Origin: Candidatus Bathyarchaeota archaeon
GTDB taxonomy: Archaea; Thermoproteota; Bathyarchaeia; Bathyarchaeales; Bathycorpusculaceae
NCBI GenBank assembly: GCA_963702095.1
Contig: OY969706.1
Location: forward strand, 1,280,001 to 1,344,000
Length of the DNA: 64,000 nucleotides
Reading direction: 5' to 3'
Part shown: positions 41,215-50,784 of the stretch, piece by piece
Layout of the letters: each line of letters begins with the position of its first letter
Position numbering within the stretch: the stretch's first letter is position 1
Position numbers and translations under genes: made by a program
Notes under the pieces: generated by a model
What the model saw: only the letters and a program-made list of their open reading frames with translations
Databases searched by the model: none
What the model was told of the DNA's origin: nothing

Positions 41215-41282
41215 AATATCATATGCGATATCATCTGTGATAATCAAATATGATATCAATAACGATATCAAAGGTGATATCA
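41215..41282. promoter_or_regulatory. Array of six (G)ATATCA boxes at ~12-bp spacing upstream of the PadR gene
   Basis: Boxes at 41215, 41227, 41239 (variant), 41252, 41264 and 41276. Confidence 0.7.
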
Positions 41283-41284
41283 AA

Positions 41285-41896
41285 ATGAATAATGAAGAAA
41301 AAGAAAATCTCAAAGAATTCCGAGAACAATTGCGAGCCCAAAAACACATCATGTTCCACCGACGCAACTGGCTCCGCCACAACGCAATGGTCCCCAAAGG
41401 ATTCCTCCGCCACCACGTCCTACAAGCCCTCAACGAAAAACCCATGTCAGGCAGCGAACTCATGGAAGAAATAGGCAAAAACACCGGCAGCCACTGGAAA
41501 CCCAGCCCCGGCTCCATCTACCCCATGCTCGCTTGGCTCCAAGACAACCAATACATAAAAGAACTACCCACTGAGAACGGACTCAAACGCTATGAACTTA
41601 CCCAGAACGGCAAGGAACTCCTAGAAGAAGAAACTAAAGTTCGGGAGAAATTCCGCGAAGACGCCGGTTTCATGACGTTCCCCTTCTTTGACCGAAACCA
41701 AAGCAACATACCAAAAGAGAAAGCGATGGAAGTACGACTGACAATGAAACGTCTTCTGCATACATCCTTAAGCATTGGTAAGACACTGCGAGAAAATTAC
41801 TCAGAAAATGACCTAAACGAAGCACTCAAAATTCTCAACGAAGCCTCAGAAAAATTGGAAGCAATAAATAAGAAACTTAAAGGCGAAAAAGCATGA
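41285..41896 (+). CDS. PadR family regulator
   Basis: PMSG.ELM, WKPSPGSIYP.L, KRYELT..G. Confidence 0.9.
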   Translation: MNNEEKENLKEFREQLRAQKHIMFHRRNWLRHNAMVPKGFLRHHVLQALNEKPMSGSELMEEIGKNTGSHWKPSPGSIYPMLAWLQDNQYIKELPTENGLKRYELTQNGKELLEEETKVREKFREDAGFMTFPFFDRNQSNIPKEKAMEVRLTMKRLLHTSLSIGKTLRENYSENDLNEALKILNEASEKLEAINKKLKGEKA

Positions 41897-42906
41897 GTCA
41901 ACCCCAAGACGACGATGTCATAACAGTCAAAGGCTTAACCAAAGTTTTCAACAAAACCCTCACTGCAGTCGACCACATCGATTTCAGCGTTAAAAGAGGA
42001 GAAATCTTCGGTTTTCTCGGCCCCAACGGCGCAGGCAAAACCACAACCATCAAAATGCTCATCACCGTGCTGCGGCCTACAATGGGCACAGCCGAAATTT
42101 TGGGCGGTGACATCGCAAAACAAAGCATGGATGTTCGCGGAGCCATCGGTGTCGTCCCCCAAGAATACACTGCAGACGAAGACTTAACCGGCATGGAAAA
42201 CATACTTTTGTGCGCAGACCTCTACGGCATCCCAAGGCAGGTTTCCAAGAAACGTGCCATGGAACTGCTTAACCTCGTTGAATTAGCCGCTTTTAAGGAC
42301 AAGCGGGTGCAAACCTTCTCGGGCGGTATGCGGCGTAGGCTGGAGTTGGCTTGTGGGTTGATTAACCGTCCTAAAGTGCTTTTCCTCGACGAACCCACCT
42401 TGGGCTTGGATGTGCAGACGCGCGCGGCAACCTGGAACTACGTCAAAATGCTAAAGAAAGAATTCGGCATGACCCTTTTCTTAACCACTCACTACCTTGA
42501 AGAAGCCGATGCACTCTGCGACCGCATAGCCATCATTGACCACGGCAAAATCGTGGTTGTGGGTACTCCGGCGGAACTCAAAGACAACTTAGGCGGCGAC
42601 ATAATCACAATGTCTATTCAGAAAAACGATGACATCACCGACTTAATCCGACGAGTTGAACACGTTAAAGAAGTCAAAAAAGAAAACGGCGACTACATCA
42701 TAAAATCATCCAACGGCGAATTAACCGCCCCACTAATCATTGAAGCCATACGCAAAAGCGGCAACGTCGTAACCAAACTCTCCCTAACCAAACCCACCCT
42801 AAACGAAGTCTACATGCAATACACTGGCAAATCCATGCGCGACGCCGAAGAATCCCGTGAGGGAGTTATGTCGCAGCGGATGACAATGAGGAGGGCACAT
42901 GCATGA
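41893..42906 (+). CDS. DrrA-like ABC exporter ATPase
   Basis: GPNGAGKT, FSGGMRRR, LDEPT. Confidence 0.92.
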   Translation: MSQPQDDDVITVKGLTKVFNKTLTAVDHIDFSVKRGEIFGFLGPNGAGKTTTIKMLITVLRPTMGTAEILGGDIAKQSMDVRGAIGVVPQEYTADEDLTGMENILLCADLYGIPRQVSKKRAMELLNLVELAAFKDKRVQTFSGGMRRRLELACGLINRPKVLFLDEPTLGLDVQTRAATWNYVKMLKKEFGMTLFLTTHYLEEADALCDRIAIIDHGKIVVVGTPAELKDNLGGDIITMSIQKNDDITDLIRRVEHVKEVKKENGDYIIKSSNGELTAPLIIEAIRKSGNVVTKLSLTKPTLNEVYMQYTGKSMRDAEESREGVMSQRMTMRRAHA

Positions 42907-43814
42907 GCCAAGAAACAGAAACTCTGTCCAAGAGCAGATTCCACGGCTTGTGGGCTCTTACCAACAGAGAACTCAAGAAGTGGTATCAACAGCCGTTCGT
43001 CTTTATCATGGGCATAATTCAGCCGATTCTCTGGTTGACTCTCCTCGGTAAAGCTATGAACATTGGCAATCTCTTCTCCGCCAGTTCACTGCCGTCTCTG
43101 CCAGCACTCAACCCGCCGCTTACAGGACCTCAGCTTCAAGCCTTAGGCAGTTACTTCTCAAGTTTCCAGGGCACAGTCATGCAGAACACGTTTGGAACCG
43201 CCGATTACTTTTCATTTATGGCGATGAGTATGGTGGCGTTTACTGTTGTATTCACCACTGCATTCGTGGGCATGTCGGTAGTTTGGGATAAACGGTTGGG
43301 CTTCATGAACAAAGTGCTAAGTACACCTGTGTCGCGATCCTCAATTATACTCTCAAAAGTATTTGCAGCAAGCATACGTGCAATCTTCCAATCTGCCATT
43401 GTCACAGTCGTCGCATTCGCCTTAGGACTTAGCTTAGGAGCAAACTTCGGATGGTACAGCGTCTTTGGAGTCTTCGCCATAGTGTTCCTCATTAGCGTCG
43501 GCCTATCATCGCTATTCACTGCCCTCACACTTCGCGCCACAAGAATGGAGATGCCTCAAGCAATCTTTCAGCTAATCACATTGCCACTGATGTTTGCAAG
43601 CAGCGCCTACTTCCCCATCGCGCAAATGCCATCTTGGCTACAAGCCGTAGCCAGCATAAACCCAATCAGCTACACCATTGACGCAGTTAGACGGCTCATG
43701 GTCTTCAGTGATGGCTTTGGACCGCTAGCACTGGACTTAGCCTTCGTCGGCATCTTCGCAGCCGTTGTCACAGCAATCTGCATTGTGCTTTCATGGAAGT
43801 ACCTAAACAAGTAG
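42903..43814 (+). CDS. ABC-2 permease
   Basis: WDKRLGFM, NPISY.IDA.R. Confidence 0.9.
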   Translation: MSQETETLSKSRFHGLWALTNRELKKWYQQPFVFIMGIIQPILWLTLLGKAMNIGNLFSASSLPSLPALNPPLTGPQLQALGSYFSSFQGTVMQNTFGTADYFSFMAMSMVAFTVVFTTAFVGMSVVWDKRLGFMNKVLSTPVSRSSIILSKVFAASIRAIFQSAIVTVVAFALGLSLGANFGWYSVFGVFAIVFLISVGLSSLFTALTLRATRMEMPQAIFQLITLPLMFASSAYFPIAQMPSWLQAVASINPISYTIDAVRRLMVFSDGFGPLALDLAFVGIFAAVVTAICIVLSWKYLNK

Positions 43815-43906
43815 CGAAAACGGGCTTACTTGCCCTTTTCCTTTTTTAATTTAACTAGTCCTTATATCTAACCTGTTAACCCACTGAAAGGTAGAAGGTA
43901 AAAAAA

Positions 43907-44602
43907 ATGTCAGTAGCACCCATGCCAGTCGTCGAAGCGATAGGCGTAAAAAAAACTTACATGCTGGGCAAAGTTCCAGTTGAAGCGCTTCGCGGAGTCA
44001 GCCTAAGGGTTGAAGTGGGAGATTTCGTCTCCATCCTTGGGCCTTCTGGAAGCGGCAAATCAACTATGCTCAACCTCATCGGTGCATTGGATAAACCCAC
44101 AGGGGGAACCCTGCGCATCGACGGAGTTGACATCAGTAAACTCAACGATAACCAACTTGCGGATTTACGGTTAAAAATCGGGTTTGTTTTCCAATTTTTC
44201 AACCTGATCCCCCGTTTGACTGCACGTGACAACGTGGAATTGTCTATGTCTATAGCGAATATGGGTAAAAGCCAGCGTCGCCAACGTGCCATAGAACTGC
44301 TGGAAACTGTTGGGTTGAAGGATAGAATCAACCATAAACCCGCTGAACTTAGCGGTGGACAACAGCAACGTGTCGCCATTGCACGGGCATTGGCAAACAA
44401 CCCCAAGTTTCTGCTTCTTGACGAACCCACGGGGAACGTGGATTCTAAAACTGCCGCGGAAGTTTTAGCCTTAATCAATAAACTCAACACAGAAGACAAC
44501 GTCAGCATTATCATGGTAACTCATGATGAAAAACTGGCGCATATGGCTAAGAGAACTGTGCAAATGTTTGATGGAGAAATCAAAGAGGAAGTGGTGAACT
44601 AA
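43907..44602 (+). CDS. LolD/MacB-type ABC ATPase
   Basis: [32 protein letters not shown]. Confidence 0.92.
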   Translation: MSVAPMPVVEAIGVKKTYMLGKVPVEALRGVSLRVEVGDFVSILGPSGSGKSTMLNLIGALDKPTGGTLRIDGVDISKLNDNQLADLRLKIGFVFQFFNLIPRLTARDNVELSMSIANMGKSQRRQRAIELLETVGLKDRINHKPAELSGGQQQRVAIARALANNPKFLLLDEPTGNVDSKTAAEVLALINKLNTEDNVSIIMVTHDEKLAHMAKRTVQMFDGEIKEEVVN

Positions 44603-44603
44603 A

Positions 44604-45920
44604 ATGCGGACTACTGATGTTTTCGGTTATTCTTTTAGCGCCATTAAACTCCGCAAACTCCGAGCAGCCCTCACAACTTTGGGCATCATCATCGGCATAG
44701 CCGCCATCGTTGCGTTGCTCTCGATTACTCAGGGCTTGCAGGAGACTATAACCACACAGCTAAACCAGGGATTATCCGCAGACACCTTAATCGTGACGTC
44801 CGGCAGCAGCGCAGGCGGTTTAGGTGCCGGAGCAGGTGACCAAGGAGGCTTCGGTGGTGGAACAGGAATAGGCGGCGGAGGAGGCAGCGCCAACTCTGGG
44901 TTTACCCTATATGCCAATTACACCGACGAAATCAACGCTCTGTCGCCGGACATAGAAACGTCTGTTGCCATAATTAGCCGCGGCGGATACGTTCAAACTG
45001 ATAGTCTCAACCGATCCGCAACCATCTACGGCATAGACTTCGACGCTTACCAAAAGATTTACGGCACAACCTTTGCCGTGCAAACTGGAACCATACCGAC
45101 CAGCCCAGCTGAAAACGACACAATCGTAGGCACACGAATAAACCAGCCGGGACAGAACGGCACATTATACTTCGATTCAGGCGACCACATAAACGTGACG
45201 TGGACAAACGCAACTGTGCTTCCACCAGTGAACGAATCCTACACTGCCAACGTTGTGGGTGTGTTGCAGAAAATCGGCGGTTTCGGATTGGGCGGACCCT
45301 CAGACACAGGTGTCTACATCCCAATCTCCAAAGCCGAGAGCTTCTTTAACACCACACAGTGCGACATGATAGTTGTCAAACTCGCCAACAGTGACAACGC
45401 AACCATAACCAACGTTACAAAACTCATAACTGACCACTTCAGCAACCAAGTTTCAGTCATATCCGCAACCGCAGTCCTAAGCTTACTCACCACAGTGTTC
45501 GGCACCATCCAGTTGTTCCTCGGCGGCATCGCAGCCATTTCACTGCTCGTCGCAGGCATAGGCATCATGAACATCATGATTGTTTCCCTCATCGAGCGCA
45601 CGCGTGAAATCGGCATTCTAAAAGCTCTAGGCATGAAAAGCCGCGCGGTATTAGCCATATTCCTAGGTGAGTCGGTGATCATCGGCGTAATCGGCGCCGT
45701 CATCGGTATCGTGTTAGGCTGGAGCTTAGCCGTCGTTGTCGCCAGAGTTTTGGGCTCAGGCGTTTTCGGCGCAGGCGCATTCCAGATTGTGCCGCTGTTA
45801 ACTCCTGAAGTGCTTGCTGGAGCGTTCGGATTCGGTGTTGGGGTCAGCGTGATCTTTGCGCTTTACCCTGCGTGGCGTGCCTCAAAACTTAAACCTGTAG
45901 ACGCCCTGCGTTATGAGTAA
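44604..45920 (+). CDS. MacB/FtsX-type permease
   Basis: ERTREIGI.KALG, YPAWRAS.L.PVDALRYE. Confidence 0.92.
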   Translation: MRTTDVFGYSFSAIKLRKLRAALTTLGIIIGIAAIVALLSITQGLQETITTQLNQGLSADTLIVTSGSSAGGLGAGAGDQGGFGGGTGIGGGGGSANSGFTLYANYTDEINALSPDIETSVAIISRGGYVQTDSLNRSATIYGIDFDAYQKIYGTTFAVQTGTIPTSPAENDTIVGTRINQPGQNGTLYFDSGDHINVTWTNATVLPPVNESYTANVVGVLQKIGGFGLGGPSDTGVYIPISKAESFFNTTQCDMIVVKLANSDNATITNVTKLITDHFSNQVSVISATAVLSLLTTVFGTIQLFLGGIAAISLLVAGIGIMNIMIVSLIERTREIGILKALGMKSRAVLAIFLGESVIIGVIGAVIGIVLGWSLAVVVARVLGSGVFGAGAFQIVPLLTPEVLAGAFGFGVGVSVIFALYPAWRASKLKPVDALRYE

Positions 45921-46019
45921 GGCGTTTAGCCCTTTTTTCTTTCTTTTTTCATCTATTTTTTGGTCTCCTACCCGCAGAGGCTTTAAGAGTGAAACAACAT
46001 TAAACCCGCAGGTCTAAAT

Positions 46020-46463
46020 TTGCGGCGTCTCTACCCTGACCAACCCATCGTAGGAATCGGCGTAGTCATCGTAGAGAAACAAAGAATCGTCCTCATCAAA
46101 CGGGGCAACGAACCAGCAAAAGGCAAATGGAGTATCCCCGGCGGCTTAATTGAACTCGGAGAATCACCGGAAACAGCCGTCATCCGAGAAGCCAGAGAAG
46201 AAACACTGCTACAAGTAGATAATCCCCGACTCATAGACGTCGTAAATCAAACAGAGTGGGATACGGATGGCAAATTAAGGTACCACTATGTTATAGTCGA
46301 CTATCTCGTCCACGTAGTCAGCGGAGACATTGCGGCGGCAAGCGACGCCGTTGAACTGCACTGGGTGCCCTTCGACGAGGTGGAAAACTACGATTTGACG
46401 GCGTCTTTTCGCCGCTTCTTTAGAAACAATCGGGAAAGGCTGGAAAAGTTAAGCTCATACTGA
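46020..46463 (+). CDS. Nudix hydrolase
   Basis: PGG.IELGE....A..RE..EET Nudix box. Confidence 0.9.
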   Translation: MRRLYPDQPIVGIGVVIVEKQRIVLIKRGNEPAKGKWSIPGGLIELGESPETAVIREAREETLLQVDNPRLIDVVNQTEWDTDGKLRYHYVIVDYLVHVVSGDIAAASDAVELHWVPFDEVENYDLTASFRRFFRNNRERLEKLSSY

Positions 46464-46524
46464 CTCCAACGGTCATCTGATAGCACCAATATGCACAAAA
46501 ACGACCGCTTGCTTACTGTTGGGC

Positions 46525-47598
46525 ATGAGCCGCTTTACCATTAAGTCACCGGGTGTTTATGTTCAGAACCTACGAATTGGACCTCAACCCATCGAAGGCG
46601 TTCCGACAGCGACCGCCGCTTTTTTGGGGGAAACCCAGACGGGACCCACGTCGCCCACGCTGGTCACCAGTTGGCAGCAATACCAAGACGTATTCGGCGG
46701 TTTCTTCGGCATAGACAAGTACCTGCCTTATGCTGTTGAGGGCTTTTTTGGTAACGGCGGCAAACGCTGCTACATCTGCAAAGTAACTTGTGGTGATTTC
46801 GCTGGGGCTTTAGCCAAATTGGAGCCAATCGAAGAAGTATCCCTTCTGTACGCGCCAAACGCACAAGCCACCCCAAACCTCTGCAACATGCTCATTTCTC
46901 ATTGCGAGCGGCTCAAGCGGTTTTGCATCGTCGATTCACTAAAGGGCGAGGCACCATCAGAAGTTACAAAGCCACAGGCATCCGCCCATGCAGCCCTGTA
47001 TTATCCATGGATTTACGTTTTTCATGATGGCCAGAAGTGTTTGGTTCCGCCCGGCGGATACGTTGCAGGTGTTTACGCTCGCACGGATATTGGGCGTGGA
47101 GTCCATAAGGCGCCAGCTAACGAAGTTGTCAACGGCGCGGTAGACGTAGAGTTTGCCATAAGCAAAAGTCAGGGGGACAGTCTAAACCCACTTGGAGTTA
47201 ACTGCATACGCAATCTGGAGGGCAGGGGCATCCTTGTTTGGGGTGACAGAACCCTCTCAAGCGACCCCGAATACAAGTACATTAACGTTGAGCGACTGCT
47301 GATTTACGTTGAGCAATCTATTAAGCGTGGCACCGAATGGGTGGTATTTGAGCCAGATGCAGAGTCAACATGGGCTAAGGTGAAGATGCAAGTGCAGAAT
47401 TTTCTAAATCAGACATGGCAAAGCGGCATGTTGATGGGCACTAAACCGCAGGAAGCCTATTTTGTGAAGTGTGACCGAACCACCATGACCCAAAACGACA
47501 TCGATAACGGACGCCTAAACATACTAGTCGGCGTAGCACCGGTTAAACCCGCAGAGTTCCTCATCGTAAGAGTAAATCAAAAGGCTATGTACCAATAG
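46525..47598 (+). CDS. Contractile phage tail sheath family protein (orphan)
   Basis: PGVY, GVHKAPAN, LN..GVNCIR, WG.RTL, YINV.RL, PVKPAEF. Confidence 0.9.
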   Translation: MSRFTIKSPGVYVQNLRIGPQPIEGVPTATAAFLGETQTGPTSPTLVTSWQQYQDVFGGFFGIDKYLPYAVEGFFGNGGKRCYICKVTCGDFAGALAKLEPIEEVSLLYAPNAQATPNLCNMLISHCERLKRFCIVDSLKGEAPSEVTKPQASAHAALYYPWIYVFHDGQKCLVPPGGYVAGVYARTDIGRGVHKAPANEVVNGAVDVEFAISKSQGDSLNPLGVNCIRNLEGRGILVWGDRTLSSDPEYKYINVERLLIYVEQSIKRGTEWVVFEPDAESTWAKVKMQVQNFLNQTWQSGMLMGTKPQEAYFVKCDRTTMTQNDIDNGRLNILVGVAPVKPAEFLIVRVNQKAMYQ

Positions 47599-47630
47599 TT
47601 CTCTCCTTTATCGGTAAGAAGAAGCAATCG

Positions 47631-47810
47631 ATACATAGTTTCACATCCACACCGCGTCCGCTTCTGCGTGGAGGCATGTACGGCGTGTGGAGAAAAATGG
47701 ATATCCCACACCGAAACAGAGGCTGAAAACCGTTGCAAACCCAAAAAGCAGTTGCATTCAGTTGCCGTCTTGTGGTGCCCTGTAAACCGCCACACCCACA
47801 TAAAGAGACA
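47631..47810 (+). repeat. R1 dispersed structured repeat, copy B
   Basis: Gapless; 35 mismatches in 170 nt against copy A by manual count. Confidence 0.92.
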
Positions 47811-47866
47811 AAGGAACAACTACTTAAACGGGCCAAGGGTAAAAATAAGAAAGTGTCGGCTTGTTC

Positions 47867-48292
47867 TCACGTTTGGGTTTTGATGGTTCGGTAGGCAAAG
47901 TAAATTATCATTATACTCCAAATTGTCGTAATTCCGATTGCAGTGCTGGGGAAGAACACGTAAGTTGCAAACACCCGTTGTGTTACGGTGAGTGCGATGG
48001 CGAGGTATGGTGCCCATTTTAGATTTCTTCGCAGTCCGAAGTATATTATTGCAAATACTGCTGCAGCCACGAGTGCTTCAGAGACGACGATTGTGAATCC
48101 CAACCGGTAAATGCTCCACTGCGTAGCTGGAATCAACCAGATGCCAACAGCTATTAGGTCCAAGATTATGTTTGCCAGAACAAGACGGCTCAGTGCCTTA
48201 TGCGGTTTGGCACCATACTTACGCGCCGCAATTACTACAAGTACAATAGCTAAAACCGTGAAGAAAATAAGCAAGATTTCGTCTAAACGCAC
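47867..48292 (-). CDS. Membrane protein (paralog of 29384-29764)
   Basis: Hydrophobic ORF with KWAPYLAIA...QRV; start uncertain. Confidence 0.65.
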   Translation of the reverse strand: MRLDEILLIFFTVLAIVLVVIAARKYGAKPHKALSRLVLANIILDLIAVGIWLIPATQWSIYRLGFTIVVSEALVAAAVFAIIYFGLRRNLKWAPYLAIALTVTQRVFATYVFFPSTAIGITTIWSIMIIYFAYRTIKTQT

Positions 48293-48414
48293 ATTATACC
48301 CTCTCCCCCTCTAACATCAGCATAGGCTTCTTAAGGTTTTCTGGTTTTTGCTGTCTTTTGATGTTTAAAGGTTTAAAGGCAGTTCTGTTTTATGGTTCAT
48401 TGGCGGTTGTTGCT

Positions 48415-50784
48415 TTGAAACTTGTCTTTTGGCTCCTCGACATTAACCCCAAAGTTGGAGAGGGCACGGTGGATTTGTGGCTCTGGGGCATCGACGAATC
48501 GGGCAACCGAGTGCTCCTAGTAGACCGTAACTTCACCGCTTACTTCTATGTGGTGCTGCGTGGAGGCGCAGACCCCGCCACAGTAACAGCGGCAATTAAG
48601 CAAGCCGTCGGCGACCAAATCGTGGGAACCGAAGCCGTAAGCCGCCGTTTCTTCGGCAAACCCACCGCCGCCATAAAAGTCAGCGTCAAAGACGCAACCC
48701 AAACAGGAAAAATCGCCAAGCAACTCCGAAAACTCGACGGCGTCTCCGACTGCCTCGAAGACGACATCCGAGCCGCCATGCGCTACATGATTGACAACGG
48801 TGTTTTGCCCTGCAGTTGGCATGAAGCAGATGTTGTGGAGGAAGAGAACTCGTTGGGTGTCAGGGCATTCAAGGTTTACTCTTTGCAGTCTACGCCAAAG
48901 GCGCTCGACAAAACCTTGGTGCCGCCGCTTCGGTCCTTAGCGTTCTCAACCATCTGTTATAGCCGTGAAGGCACCCCGAAACCTGACCGCAACCCAATAA
49001 TTTTGATTTCTATGGTGGCAAGCAACGGCGAAGAAAAACAGTTTAGGGTAGGCCAAGACAAGAAAGACAAAGAACCCATCAAAAACTTCTTCCAGTACAT
49101 CAAAGATTTCGACCCCGACGTCATCGCCAGCTACGGCGCAAACACCACCGATTGGAACTACCTCAAAGTCAGAGCACGCAAATACCGACTGAAACTGGAT
49201 TTTGACCGAGCAGCCTTTGAACCACACACCAGCGTCTATGGCCACGTCTCCACCACAGGCATTGTCAACGTTGACTTAGCAGATTTCACCAGCATGTTCC
49301 CTGAAGTCAAGGTTAAGACGTTGGCTAATTTCGCTGATTACCTCGGTGTCGCTGGTGACGGCGGAGTTGTGGAAGAGGTTTTGTTTGCCGATTACTGGGA
49401 TGACCCCCAAAAGCGCCCTGAGTTGGAACGGTTTGCCCAAGACAGCGCCCGCCGAGTCCATGTCATGCTGGATTTGCTGATTGATTTTGCCATGCAACTC
49501 TCAGCTTTGACGAGCCTGCCTCTGGATCATGTAATGACGGCGGCAACGGGTTTTCGGGTAGAGTGGTACTTGATTAAGAGGGCGCAGAAAATCGGTGAAC
49601 TCGTCCCCAGACGCCTTGAGCAACCCTACATTTCCTACACGGGCGGATTGGTGCTTTCCCCTAAGCCAGGCTTGCATGACAACATCGCCGTTTTAGATTT
49701 CAAATCGATGTACCCCAACATCATGATAACTTACAACCTCTCCCCCGACACCTACATCGAACCCGAGCAGCCTGAACCCGAAGGCGGTGTCTACGTCGCA
49801 CCTGAAGTGGGCTACCGCTTCCGCAAGTCCCCGCCTGGATTCTACAAAGATGCCCTAACCAACCTCATCACCATAAGGGGCGTCATACGCCAAAAAATGA
49901 AGACACTTAGCCCCAAAACTGTTGAGTACCAGATTTTGGATGCCCGCCAAAAAGCCGTTAAAATCCTCACCAACGCCGCCTACGGCTACGCTGGCTGGGT
50001 TGGGGCAAGATGGTACATTAAACCCGTCGCTGAAGCCGCTTCCGCATGGGGCAGACACATCATCTCGGCAGCATCGCAGATGGCGCAGAAAGCCGGGGTA
50101 GAAGTGGTTTACGGCGACACAGACAGCTTATTCCTCAACTACGACAAAACCAAAGCCGTGCAACTCCAAGAGGACATTAGGCGAGAGCTCAAGTTGGATG
50201 TAGAAATCGGAGAAGTTTACAGGCGTATTTTCTTCACAGAAGCAAAAAAACGCTATGCGGGTTTACGGCAAGACGGCAGCCTCGACATCGTCGGATTGGA
50301 AGTTATACGGGGCGACTGGGCAGAGGTTGCTAAGCAAGTGCAGCAGCATGTGCTCGAAATCATCCTAAAAGAGCAGTCACCCAAAAACGCCATCAACTAT
50401 GTGCAGTCAGTGGTTACTGGTTTGCACCACAAAAAAGTGCCGCTGCAAGAACTCGTCATCTGGAAAACACTGACTAAACCGCCTGAGCAGTACGCGGTTA
50501 GGGCTCCGCATGTGGAAGCCGCAAAAATGTTGCTCGAGAAGGGCTGGCAACTATCTGCCGGGGACAAAGTCGGCTACATCGTCACCGCCGGGGCGGGGCC
50601 GCTCTACAGCCGCGTGAAGCCCTACGTGTTTGCCAAACAAGAGGACGCCGACATCGACTACTATGTTACAAATCAGGTGTTGCCTGCGGCAGCGCGTATA
50701 CTGGGGTACTTTAACGTCACAGAAAAAATGCTTGAGAAAACAACAAAAGAAGAAAAGACAAAGAGCCTAACAGACTATTTTTAG
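48415..50784 (+). CDS. polB: Family B DNA polymerase (PolB3-like)
   Basis: DFKSMYP, K...NA.YGY, YGDTDS, KKRY, GLE..R.DW. Confidence 0.93.
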   Translation: MKLVFWLLDINPKVGEGTVDLWLWGIDESGNRVLLVDRNFTAYFYVVLRGGADPATVTAAIKQAVGDQIVGTEAVSRRFFGKPTAAIKVSVKDATQTGKIAKQLRKLDGVSDCLEDDIRAAMRYMIDNGVLPCSWHEADVVEEENSLGVRAFKVYSLQSTPKALDKTLVPPLRSLAFSTICYSREGTPKPDRNPIILISMVASNGEEKQFRVGQDKKDKEPIKNFFQYIKDFDPDVIASYGANTTDWNYLKVRARKYRLKLDFDRAAFEPHTSVYGHVSTTGIVNVDLADFTSMFPEVKVKTLANFADYLGVAGDGGVVEEVLFADYWDDPQKRPELERFAQDSARRVHVMLDLLIDFAMQLSALTSLPLDHVMTAATGFRVEWYLIKRAQKIGELVPRRLEQPYISYTGGLVLSPKPGLHDNIAVLDFKSMYPNIMITYNLSPDTYIEPEQPEPEGGVYVAPEVGYRFRKSPPGFYKDALTNLITIRGVIRQKMKTLSPKTVEYQILDARQKAVKILTNAAYGYAGWVGARWYIKPVAEAASAWGRHIISAASQMAQKAGVEVVYGDTDSLFLNYDKTKAVQLQEDIRRELKLDVEIGEVYRRIFFTEAKKRYAGLRQDGSLDIVGLEVIRGDWAEVAKQVQQHVLEIILKEQSPKNAINYVQSVVTGLHHKKVPLQELVIWKTLTKPPEQYAVRAPHVEAAKMLLEKGWQLSAGDKVGYIVTAGAGPLYSRVKPYVFAKQEDADIDYYVTNQVLPAAARILGYFNVTEKMLEKTTKEEKTKSLTDYF

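Noticed and set aside
46020-48292. Prophage around the tail-sheath gene
   Set aside because: No integrase, capsid, terminase or other tail genes; neighbours are cellular.
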